64,000 bases of DNA. It comes from Hydrolagus colliei (taxonomy: Eukaryota). The translations under genes and the position numbers were made by a program. Below are positions 24,148 to 36,000 of the stretch, piece by piece; positions within the stretch are counted from its first letter, which is position 1, and the number at the start of each line of letters is the position of its first letter. The DNA lies in NCBI GenBank assembly GCA_035084275.1, contig CM068756.1, forward strand, positions 7,502,001 to 7,566,000. The letters run 5' to 3'. The notes under the pieces were generated by a model. That model saw only the letters and a program-made list of their open reading frames with translations. It was not told the DNA's origin and searched no databases.

Positions 24148-24769
24148 ACCAACAAATTGACTCCAGACTTTGCTGCACTCAATCAACCTGCAGTAAAGCA
24201 GCAGCAGCCAGTAAAACACATGCATTTGACCTGAAGACCCATCAGTTTCCCTTCTAACTCATGCACATCTGCTGGAATGTTTATTTCTGCTGGTGGCTGT
24301 TTCTCTGGTAGTTGTTGTTGTTGTTGTTGTCGGCGCTGTGTTGTGCTTGTTACTGTTTCGCAATCGCCTCGTATATTTTACACACACACACACACACATC
24401 TGCTGCTGCTGCAGACTGGGATCATCCAGCCTAGAAACTAGGCTGATATTGTGTGTGTGTGTGTGTGTGTGTTTTTGACAGAGCCCAGGCCAGTGATAAT
24501 AGGGCTGGGTTTTTAACATCAAGCTACATACACATCAGCTCTTGAAACAAAGATCCCTCCACCACCCACAAGGAAGGCTTCCTGCCTTCAACCCAGTGAG
24601 TGCAAAGAGCATGATGATGTGTGCAAAAAACACACACACACACATAAAATAGTCAACCCCCGCAAACATAACCTTGAGGTCTCTGCAGAATTCACCCAGT
24701 CCGGTGACCTGATCTCTCAAGATATGTGCAAAAAAAAGTGTGTGCTCACCCACCCCCTCCCCAGAGCCT

Positions 24770-25030
24770 TGCACGATGTGACACGTGATTCGACCCGCGG
24801 TCGGCTTGCTGCGGGCACAAAGTGCGTGCGTCCCTGAACGAGTGCGAAGTGTCCACAGTGTGAAGAAGCGATCGCAGCTGTTCCTTGCCCGCACCCTGTC
24901 GTGCGGCTGGAATGCAGATCGGACCAACGAGAAGCGCGAGGGTTCTCTGCTTGCGAAACCCGAGAATTTCCCTCATCGCAGATGGAACAGTTCGCATCCT
25001 TCATGGCAAATTGCGAAACATTTCGCTTTC
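24770..25030. promoter_or_regulatory. CpG-rich segment upstream of PEDS1 exon 1 (candidate promoter CpG island)
   Basis: About 26 CpGs counted by eye in ~260 bp against a CpG-depleted background; CACGTG E-box at 24782-24787; about 0.9 kb upstream of the ATG. Confidence 0.5.
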
Positions 25031-25286
25031 ATGAATCATTTCATACTTTGTCTCGTTCCCCCCCAACCCCCACTTTCTGTCTTTTAAGTGCTAACCACCC
25101 CCTCACTCTTGCTTGACATCCAACACCATGCTTGTAAAGAACTCCAAGGCATTACCCTTCACAAAAAAGGCACTGTATATAAATCCAAGTTATTGTTGTA
25201 GTACTTCCCATCTCTGATATTTCCTGCCAGAGTTTTCAGACTTCATCAGGATTCACTAACTCTGGCTGTGATTTAAGGTGGTGTTT

Positions 25287-25597
25287 TAATAATAATAATA
25301 ATAATAATCCTGGCGTTTGGAAAAAGTGCTTTTCATATCTTCTAGACGTCTCAAAGCGCTTTACAGAATATACTGCAAAGTGAATTAACTGAATATATTT
25401 GTGGGCAAAACGCGGCAGCCAATTGCGCACAGCAGAGTCCCACAAACAGTCGTGGATTGAAATGACCAATTTTTTTTCGTGGGATTATTATTAGGCCTGT
25501 GGTATAAGGAAACTTGCCCAAGGTTTCGCCCTGCCTGGAATCAAACCCTGGGCTCTTGCTTGTAAGGCGAGTGCTCTAACCACTGAGCCACAGGGAT
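25287..25597 (-). mobile_element. Full-length tRNA-derived SINE (short variant), best-preserved copy
   Basis: Minus strand reads CCCTGTGGCTCAGTGGTTAGAGCACTCGCCTTACAAG...GGTTTGATTCC...CCTTGGGCAAGTTTCCTTA, then the body, the L2-like tail and about seven TTA units. Confidence 0.9.
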
Positions 25598-26964
25598 TTA
25601 CCATCCATGAATGGCACTTCATATAAATAGGTCAAATTTACACAATATTTATATGATTAAGATTATATATGATTATTATTATCTATAATCTGCCCTCTCT
25701 ATCTGATCACACTGCATCTATCCTAATACTGTATATGACATATCCAATGTAAAGATCTGTAAATAGTAGAAACATAAGGACATTAATACAGTCGGATACA
25801 TTGCAGAAATACGCAATATCCAATGAATGTTGGTGATATTGAGTAGCCCATATTCCTAAAACAACACATTGATCCAAAGTGAGTTCTGAAGTAGGTAGTG
25901 TTGACACATTAAGGGGTATTTCCGGCGAGTCTATTAATGGAACAGGAAATAGGTTGCTCATAAACACAGCGCAAAGACTGCCATGTCAGTTAATTCGCAA
26001 CACAGCTGAAGCTATAAAGTCAAGATTATAAGGTTTCTTTACAAGTCATTTTCTGATTGCAGTAAATATATCAGCCCAACAAAGTAAGGATAGAGGGGTG
26101 AGCCACTTCTCATCTTCCTTATCGGGTTTATTTTCATTGCTACAGGCTTTGGCAAGAGCAATAGTTTTGCAACTTTGCTGCAGTTTAAATCCCTCAGTTT
26201 CTCTCCCACTGTCCCCGTCCCTGAACAAATATGTAGAGGCAGACAGGTACAGTTAGTCATCATCGCACCTTGAAAATCACTGAAATGTTCTGCAGGACAT
26301 TGTGCTCCTCCACTGAGCCAATAGTCTACAGGGTTGAGTGATATGGAACGTTAATGAGATCACCACACTACAACTGGCTGAAGCAGAAGACAGCCACATT
26401 GTTAAATTTTGTGAATTTCACCTGGCTTTGCAGATTTGTACTCTGAGATTTGATTTCAGCCTTCAATTCCCATCCAAGTCCCTGCTATTTAACAGTCACA
26501 CTCTGTTTCAGGAGACTCTTGAACATTTAAATTGACTCATGTCATTTGAGACGACAGCTAAGCTCTTGATATTTGTCTGCTAGCTTGAAGGTTTTCTGCT
26601 ATGTATCGAAAAGAAAAGCAAACGTGGCATGCTATAAGTTTCAAGTCAGACCTAGGGAGCATAACACATTATGATGGTCTGTTTACTAGTTTTGATTTTC
26701 AATTTAACTTCATACAAGTTGAGTTGGGTGCCAAGTGAACAGAATTCACAAAATTGTAACACATAGCTGTGAGTTTGATCCACAGTAAGGAATGTGTTGT
26801 AAAATAATAACTTGCCAAAGGTTCAGATGATATTAGGATGCCAGAATTGCAAGATGTATTACTATCTTGAAATGCACTTATAATATTAATCCTTGTTATT
26901 TGACGCCTTATCCCGCCGTCACTGAGATGTGTGAAAGCAATTCACAGAATATACTGTCACGTGA

Positions 26965-27280
26965 ATTGGTTACAGCACTCGCCTTGCAAGCGAGAGACTT
27001 GGGTTCAATTCCCGACAGGGTGAAATGTTTGCAAATTTCCTTACTCCGCACGCCTCTGTTTACCTAACAGTAAGTAAGAACCTGGTTGTTGGTCAATTGG
27101 TGGATCGCTTCTCTGTGGCTAACAATTCTTTAAAAATATAATAAATTGGTTATTTCAATTCACAACTATTTGCAGGACACTGCCGTGCGCAATTGGCTGC
27201 TACGTTTCACCCACAAAATATACAGTCACTTCACTTTACAGTATATTCTGTGAAGCGCTTTGAGATGTCTTAACAACATG
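26965..27280 (+). mobile_element. tRNA-derived SINE, long (CORE-like) variant
   Basis: GGTTACAGCACTCGCCTTGCAAGCGAGAGACTTGGGTTCAATTCCCGACAGGG, extra segment GCCTCTGTTTACCTAACAGTAAGTAAG, then the common body. Extra tail fragments lie at ~26885-26958 (-) and ~27390-27480 (+). Confidence 0.85.
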
Positions 27281-28462
27281 GTAAAATTACAGCCAGTCAA
27301 AGGGACACTGTATAAGTAGTGAACAAGGAAAAACCATTGAGCCTGTCAAGCCAATAATAATACTGTTAAGACTGCTCCCTCCACAGATCATATACACTTT
27401 ACATTATATTCTGTGAAACACTTTCAGACGTCTCAAGGATATGATAAGGCGCTATACCAAATGCAAGGATTATTATTACTATCAAGCAAACAAACTATCC
27501 ACTATAGACGGTAATTCACTCTCCTTTCTCTCTCTTTTCCAAGGGGGAAATATTCGAAAAGTGTTTTCACATCAAAATCAATCAAACAAAAAGCTCTGTG
27601 ATATTTATTCATCCCCCACATCAGGTCAGGACAAACCTGGATCCTTCTTTGTTTCTATATTATTTGTTCATTGAACCGTGTAAACTCCTTGGGTCACTTT
27701 TTAATGCCAAAATATGTACTTGTCATGCGAAAATGGCAGGTGGGCTAAGTTGAAGATCACTGTTCATAGTTCATGTATTAAAAATCTTTTCCAGTAGATT
27801 GCAGCAAATATCTTATAGCCTTCATCTATAACAACAGTGAATTTGAATGGAGAGAGATGACTTATTCTGAGAACAATTTTAGTCTCCTAATTCACTTTGC
27901 ATGTGTTAGAATGGCAGTCTTGATCAAATTAAATTACTTTCCAGTAGTGACACTAAAATCTGAACACTAATATTCCACTGTTTAGTCCACAAGGAGGCAA
28001 ATAATCAGTTCATAGATCAATGGAAACCAGTGCAGCCACTCATATAACACCTCATTTCTGTCTGCACACTGACTGATTCTCTTAATTGCACTTTTTTTTT
28101 CTCGGTTCAGATACTGGAAACAATCAATCTCAGGATTACAAGCTGTTTCTGCAAAGTATGCAGCTTCAGGTCAGAGTAAAGAGTGAGGTGGCAAGTTCTC
28201 AGGTCCAAGGCAGACTAGATAACCAACAGCTGGCACTCCGTAGGGAGGTCAGGGTGTCCTGTTTATCATAACTCAAGTTTCATTTATTAACTTTTGTTCT
28301 CTTCCTCAAGCAGGAATATCAATGAAAATTCACAAAATGATACCCTTCAAACAATGCGATCCATTGACTGAAAAAATCCTGAAAATATTTCCAAAGTTGA
28401 CTCCTTACTTGTGCAACAATTTCTCTGGAATAAACGACTGTTGAGGCATTGTCAAGGACACA

Positions 28463-29579
28463 ACAACAACAACAGCAAAATTGCACTTATATAGTGCCTT
28501 TCACGTCGGGAGGACGTCCCAAAACGCTGAACAGTCTGGTCGGGACCCTAGCGGTGGTGGGGGGGGGGGAGGGTTGAAGTAGGGGAAGGAGAGTGGGAGA
28601 GGGGGAAGAGTTAGTGGGGCAGCCAAAGGCAAGGTCGAAGAGGAAGGTCTTGAGACCGGCCTTAAAGGAGGAAAGGGAGAAAGCGAGGCGGAGAGGCCGT
28701 GGGATAGAGTTCCACAGTGTGGGAGCAGAGAGGCTGAAAGCCCAGCTGCCGATGGTTGGGCGGTTAGGGCGTTGGACATGGAGCAGGCCTGAGTCTGCTG
28801 AACAGAGGGTGCGGGAAGGCTGGTGGGGAGACACTAGGTCGAAGAGATAGGCGGGGGCAAGGCCATGAATGGCCTTGAAAGTGAGGACAAGGATCTTGAA
28901 TTCGATCCTCTGGGTGATGGGGAGCCAGTGGAGAAGGGCGAGGGTGGCATGATGTGGTCGCAAAATGTACTCGCGAGAGTAGACGAGCTGCAGAGTTCTG
29001 AATGATCTGCAGCCTGTGAAGGGAGGACCTGGGGAGGCCGACGAGGAAAGAGTTCCCGTAGTCGAACCTGGAAGTGATAGGGTTTCGGCGGCGTGGTGGG
29101 TGAGTTAGTGGTGGAGTCTGGCAATATTGTGGAGTTGATGGAAGGCTGTGCCAGTCATGGAGGAGATGTGGGGGAGGAAGGATAGCTCAGGGTCGAACAA
29201 GACATCCAGATTCCTGATTGGCTTTGAGGGGTGGATAGAGTAGCCTTGAACGCTGATGTTGTCAGCGCCTGAGGTGTGGAGGCGCTGACGTGAGACAATC
29301 AGGAGGGCTTCCATCTTGTTGATGTTGAGTTGTAGCAAATTTGCCCTCGTCCAGGACTCAATGTCGGACAGACATGCAGTGAGAACGCCAGTGGTCCTGG
29401 AATCGAGGGTTGATGCAGATAGATAGAGTTGGGTGTCATTCTGCGTACATGTCGAAATTTACCCCATGTCTACGGATGATGTCGCCCAGGAGGAGAGTGT
29501 AGAGGGTGAAGAGAAAGGGGCCAAGGACAGAGCCCTGGGGAACGCCGCATGTGACTGTGCGGGGGTTGGAGGAGAAAGT
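28463..29579 (-). mobile_element. 5'-truncated L2 LINE (RT C-terminal part and 3' tail), frameshifted, with 8-bp TSD
   Basis: Minus-strand translation gives [17 protein letters not shown], a YADD motif broken by a 1-nt insertion (TAC GCA GAA TGAC ACC), LQLNINKMEALLI, LHWLPITQRIEFKILVLTFKA and AFSLSAPTLWNS. (TTG)n tail. AGGACACA is duplicated at 28455-28462 and 29580-29587. Confidence 0.93.
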
Positions 29580-31409
29580 AGGACACAGTAGGTTGAAGTT
29601 GAGCTGGCTGTTTGCTCTAGCTTAGAGCTTTATCAAACTCAGTGATTATAAATTATTAGATCATTCTTGACTGAGCAAGAATGCCGTTTTAAATCAACAA
29701 TGACCGTCTGGAACAAACACGACAAAAACAGAATACGGAGCCAATTATTGAAAGCATTGCCAAGTGTATTCTGTCACCTTGTACCGAAGTGTGAATACCT
29801 TAATATACCTACCCACGGGAAGGAGGGGGGACGGCGGGACGGATAGGGATAGACGGACAGATGGTGAGAAGGGAGAACAGGTAAACCTGGAGAATTGGGG
29901 AAGCATAAAGGTGATTTTTATTATCTGTTTAACGTTAAGTTAGGATAGTTGCATTCCAGCTGAGTGGAGTCTTTTGACTCATTTGCTACAGAACTGTTTG
30001 GCTAATGTTGTACGGTTCCTGGGTGACTGCTGTAACATTTGAAATCCCATCCCAAACCCATCAAATATCAGGCAGAGAAATGGCTCATTTAAATGACTAA
30101 AAAAAGCGATGATCCTAAACAGCACCATTGCATTGGGCACATTTATCCAGGTGGGATGACTCTACATTTTAACTGTTGTGGATAAAGCTTATAGTATTTA
30201 TTCAATATACTAAAAGATTGTCATCTTCCGGAATTCCAATTATATTTCAGATCCAAGAATATATAAATTAAAGGTCAAACCTAGTCTCATAGAATTGTCA
30301 AACCTCCGATAGGAAGCAGTAGCATAAGTAAGTTTTATTGTCCCTTAACACTAACTCAACTCAATGTCAAAGCAGCATCTAAAATAGGAATTATAGGGGC
30401 CTATTCATTACAACTTTGGTATTTACAGCTCAAACACTCTTCTCAGAGGTTTTCTGGTCTTCATCTGCTCCCATTCTTCTTCTGCCCCAAAGCTAAATAA
30501 TGACCAATTCATGAGTCGTCAGCACTTGTTTATCATTGCCCGCAGCTTTCTCCTGGCTGGTGTTATACTTCAGGCACTCAGTCTTCTCCCGTGAGCCTGC
30601 CATTCTCTCTGTGCTTCGTGGGCTCTAATTAACACAAAATTTGAAATATCTGAAATAGTGAAAGGGATACGGTTAGACAAAAAATCACCCATATGCCAAT
30701 TTGCCGATGTCCGATCTTACCATCAAGGATATTGAAATTGATTAATATATACACTGTCCATCCACACAGTAGAACGTATTGCTGTGTGGGCATTATAAGA
30801 ACATGAGAACAGGAGAAGGCAATTCATCCTGTTGATCCTATTACATCAGTTTATTAGATCACGGCAGATTATTGGTCAAAAATATTAAACCTGTCCACAA
30901 ACTGAGTTTGAGAAACAAAAAAGGGAACAAAGAGCAAGTGCAATTAATGATTATTTCAGAAGCATTTCCTACCTGCAGAACAAAAGTGGCTAAATACCGT
31001 ATATGCATTAAATAGTCACAGAGAAATCGTAATTTTTGAAATTGTTCTACCTCAAATTTCCCAGCAGGTGCTTCACAGCACACCTAAAGTTTACAAACAT
31101 TAGGGTTATGTCCTCAACTGTGGTGCCACCTTATAAAAAAGGAACATCTGAAAGGCTAGTTCCAGAATTATATAAAACAATTCTCCTACTAAATTAAAAA
31201 AAATGCCTGTGCTGTCATGACAATTACATTGCAATTGTATAGGTATAAATACAAATAATATTTTTTCAGTGATCATGCAACTAAAAATAAATTTGTTCCT
31301 GTAACCTTCTGGTCTATAATGGCCTAGGACGCCACCAGGCTACACCTATACCTACTGTGCTATCAAGGGAAGCTGCTGGTATTCGATGACCTATTCAAGT
31401 TGATTGAAG

Positions 31410-31839
31410 TCTTGCTGATGCCAGTCCAGCCTCACTTGTCCAAAGAAAGGCAACACTGGAAGAGCACAGAAAGAGTTGAACAGTCTCATTTACAAATTTT
31501 AAGTAATAGTCATAGTATGGAGTCACACAAATGCTCTCATTTCATCCTCTAGAGGCTCAGTTTACAATGATCACTGATCACAAACCGCTGGAGCTCACTT
31601 TTAGCAACCCCCAAATCGAAACCATGATCTTACATGGAAAAACTAGGATTACACTTACATCCATATTGTTTCAAGGTCATTCCCCAGAGCTGGTGAAAAT
31701 AATCCAGCAGTCTTTATGTCAAGGCAACCGCTGTCTGATGAAACCCTGCTGAACAGTAGGATCACAAAAATCAAAGAAGAACACATCAATTTCACTGCCG
31801 CCAATGCAATTCCCAAAGCAGTGACATCGCAGGAAGTCT

Positions 31840-31875
<36 letters not shown>

Positions 31876-32260
31876 AATGATTCTCCAGTGCAGCGATTGA
31901 GAGATATAATCAGAACTCGGAACTGAACTTAAACTGACAAAGAGATCACTGACAGTGTAGAAGTGCAGAAGCATTTAAAACATTTTTCCAAATGGGCCAT
32001 GAATGACCGCATTACCAAATGAAGACAACTGTCTTCGGGGAGCTTGAATTGTAATTTCATTTTTTCCTGCAGATGTGAGTACTAGCGTTAGCCCATGAAG
32101 GATGTCAAGGCTCAGTAAAAACAAAACTAGTTCTGTGAGAAAAAGTCTGCTTTCCAGGTGTAGGCATGTACATTGTTCCCTGCATCTTTTGAAGCAGCCT
32201 TTTAGCTTCAATGACATTAAGTGTCAAACACTATATATGTCAAAATTGCAAAGGGCTTTG
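31410..32260 (+). mobile_element. Decayed Ty3/Gypsy LTR-retrotransposon pol relic (RNase H to integrase zinc-binding region)
   Basis: DASP, FTMITDHKPLE (RNase H), CLRGA*IVI, and LALAHEGCQGSVKTKLVL*EKVCFPG (compare the H..H.G..KT...R....FP motif). Stops and frameshifts throughout; (GA)n at ~31842-31870. Confidence 0.8.
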
Positions 32261-32297
32261 GCGAATTTCGCTCACCCTTTCCTGCCAATCACTCACT

Positions 32298-32770
32298 ACC
32301 ACAACGGCAACAACTTGCATTTATATGACGGACTCCACAGTGGGTGAGGTCTCAAGAGCGCTTCCCGGTGGCGCGGCCCGAGGCCAAGGCCGAGCCAGGG
32401 GGATGGGGAAGGTGACTGTAAACACGGTCAAGGAGAAGGTCTTCAGGTGCAACCTGAGATGTGAAAGGAAGGGCGAGGCCAAGGGGTTGAGCGAGGTAGT
32501 TCCAGAGTTTCGGGGCGTAGTGGCTGAAAGCACGGCCGCCGATGGTGGAGCGGAGGATTCGGGGGGGCAAGGAGGAGCCAGACCCAGTAGAGGGGAGGTA
32601 GCGGGTACTTTGTGAGGAGAGAGAAGGTTAGAGAGATAGGGATGCAGAGGAGTGAAGGGATTTAAACATAAGAATGAGGATCTTGAAGTCGATCCGCTCT
32701 GTGACAGGGACTCAGTGCAGTTTGACAAGGACTGGGGTAATCGGGTTGCAAAGTTTGGTGTAGGTGAGAA
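32298..32770 (-). mobile_element. L2 LINE 3' fragment
   Basis: ORF track shows STIGGRAFSHYAPKLWNYL and HLKTFSL; (CAA)-like tail at the left end. Confidence 0.85.
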
Positions 32771-32929
32771 TGCAGGTGGCAGAGTTTTGTATGAGTTGAA
32801 TTGTGTCGATTCAATGCAATACTTCACATGTGTCGTCAGTTCTGAGCTTTCTGTTTAAACGAAGATCCCCAAATAAAGCATTTCCTGGGGGAGAAAACAT
32901 ATGGACGATATTCAAATGTTTACATCGTA

Positions 32930-33035
32930 TTTGGGGAAAGTGAAAGGGAGTGGGATTAGAACAGATAACTCTGGGGGATTGGGAACTAGCACAATGGGCT
33001 AAGCATCCTCTGCCTGTTCTGTGAACGTTCTATGA
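32930..33035 (+). mobile_element. CR1-type 3' UTR fragment
   Basis: GGGGAAAGTGAAAGGGAGTGGGATTAG...ATGGGCTAAGCATCCTCTGCCTGTTCTGTGAACGTTCTATG resembles a CR1 terminal region. Confidence 0.45.
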
Positions 33036-36000
33036 GCTGTCATTGATGGTAAGTAAATCCAATTGCTCATCTTCTTATGCTCTAGGTTTTGATATATAGG
33101 TGTACACTGAGGTGTTCATGAATAATCAACCCATGTCACACAAATAAACATCAACAATAACAACGCCAACAACAGAATTGCATTTATATAGTGCCTTTCA
33201 TGTCGGAAGGACGTCCCAATAAATAAAACAAATGTTTCACAAGGAAATGTTGCCAACACTTTCACAACATTTTCAACAATGTGTTGATTGAGAACCATTT
33301 GTTGTAAAAGAACCCCAACATCTTTTCAATTTATTTGGCAAATGCTTCTCTTAAATTACACTGAATGACTTTACTGCAAGACTTCCGCTAAACATTATTG
33401 TGCTCTAAACTATACATAGCTCATGGCTCGTTTTTTTTACTCCTGAAACAGGAAACACATGGGTTTTGCCAAAGATTTAGTAAAAGGAGTGCTCTTGCTA
33501 AAATGATTGCCCTCTTACTTACGACTGACAATAACTTAGTTCCTTAAATGCTTGCATAATTAAAAGTGCATCATTAAACAGTTTTATTTATGTTTGACTC
33601 AATAACAAAAGGTTTTTCTAAAGTCTGATTTCCAGCCAAAGCATTTTTCCATGACCGATGAAGGTCAGACCAAATTAAAATTGATGTGCTGAACTTGAAT
33701 TCATAACTGCACATATCTTAGTGAATATACATTGAAGTTCAGATGCAGCCTTCAGCTCATATATCATAATGTGCATTGATCTTAATATGCTTGTCGACTA
33801 ACAGTCAAGTTACAATCATTAACTCATCCACTTACTCCATACTGAGGATGTGCAATTAGGATTTACAATTGTGGCCATGATGGTAATAGTGAGCGTTGAC
33901 AGTGAGCCCACTGCATTAATAATTCCAGGAATATTAAAATGTTTGACAAGTGTTGGTTCTGACCATGGTGCAGCATGGAAACACAGTGCTGTGTATTTGC
34001 TATTCTGTTAGCCACTGAGCTAACTGCAATGTGGTGCCACCCACAGAGTTTGACACAAAAAAGGGATTTAGCAACAGGTTGCCAGTGACATAGAAATCAT
34101 AGAATGTGTACAACATTTATAGGACATTATTACTCAAGCTAAGAACCCATAAAAGTTCAAAACATTGACGTTTATTACAAAACTTAGGGTCCCTCTCATT
34201 CTTTAGTTCTGTGTCCTCGCACCACCAATCATACCTTAATTCTGAACTTTGAGCTGGAAGAATTACATATTAGCCTCTTTTGCAATTTGCGTTAGAAAAT
34301 CTGGAAGTGTACTCCCGTCTGAATGAGATACCACACAAAGGTTTGTCTATTGTTTAAATACTGTAGCTTGTTTCAATGGGTAGGTTATGTACTTTTCAAG
34401 ATAATAGAGTCTTTATTTGTTGACAAGCATTTTAAATTCCGTGTTTCATAACTCAAAATAGGGATCCTTCAAATAGTGCCAATTAGGACCAATTTCCATT
34501 GAGGAACAAAGGTTTTGTTACGAGGTGAGAGTGTAGAAACAAATGCAATTTGGGATTGAATTTCATTATCATATAAACCAAATGAACTATGCAAGCCCCA
34601 AGAATGATAAAGAGATAGAGGACTGTAATGGATTCCCCCATCAAACAAACACATGCACACAAACTAGCAATAACTTGTCACCAGAAACAAAATGTTCAAT
34701 ATTCTTCTAGATATGATGTTTTTCAACGGTTACTTATTGTGTTTATTGCTTCTGTTGCCTCTTCTTGCGAGATAGACACTATTCAACAGTTCAGGCAACA
34801 AGTTTTAAATAGGAAAGGTTGAAAATGGGCCTCCGCTCACCATCATTCAGGCAGAGTGCCTAAATACTGGCTGTGGGCCACATATCTCATAGATGTATCC
34901 CTCCACATAGCCATCAGGGAAAGCCACGGGATGTTCTACGGAATCCAGGTGGTGAGGATCAGAGATGCCAACATTATGGTTTGAAAAATATCTAGCGATA
35001 GGATTTGGGGTGCACGTTGTTGATCAAGGTGAGATGGATAGTATTGCTTTAATTAATACAATGAATGATTTTCTTTTCGTGATTTATGTGTGGGGGGTGG
35101 GGGGTGGGATGGGGGGGGATTAGCGCAATAACTTGCAAGTTATTTCATTTGTTTCTTTGTGGCATTTCATAAGTTTTTCGGTTGCAGTGAATTCCACTTA
35201 TTGATTATTTTGCTTTCTTTGTGAGTGGAACAAATGTGCAAATCAAAACCGAGTCGATGCACTGAAGTCTGTATGAAAAAATCACTGAAGACCATAGGAA
35301 CCACTCTGTGCGTCATGCCATGCAAATTAGAACCTCGTTGCAGGTTCCCACCACTCTCTCTTGGGCCCTCATTGGTAATTCAGCTTTCAGTAACTTTGCA
35401 GCAAAATAACTATCAGTTTGTCACTGAGGAAATCTGTTCTTTAATTTTTTTTAATGCCCTCAGGCTCTTTATGTAAATAATCACCTTTAGTTTATACAAG
35501 TGGCTCTCTTTAGTTCACCTGTTTAGTCACGGCTTGTTCTGCTATTTCTGAACACGTTTTGGATTGAATGAATCGCACATGCAATTGTCATTGTGGGTTA
35601 CATGCACCGAATTTACATTTGGCTTTTTACACACACACATTAATTTTCCCAGTTCAAGTTTTCTGATCAAGGGAGCACACTGCATTTGCAAAAACTGGAA
35701 TTTTGCATTGAAGAGAAAGATATCTATGCAAGGAGTGTGCAAAATACAGACACATAGCCACTAAAAGGCAGTAATTAGTCGATGCAGTAGAATTAAATCC
35801 CCAACCTGTTGTTAATTGTGCCACAATTAGTTAATTGTGCCAAACTAAGGCTACCCTTAGCCCCAGCACAAGAGGTAACTTCATATTTTCCATATGTGTA
35901 AATTGAGCAAATTATATATTATACACGGTGTGTGGAACAAATGGATTCAGTGGTTTGAATGGCCTTTGTCTCAATCCATGCTTTTATGTTCTCATGTTTT

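Noticed and set aside
23672-24178. 168-aa ORF spanning the N gap
   Set aside because: It is artificially extended through Ns. Only 23746-23911 is supported as coding, ending at a canonical splice donor.
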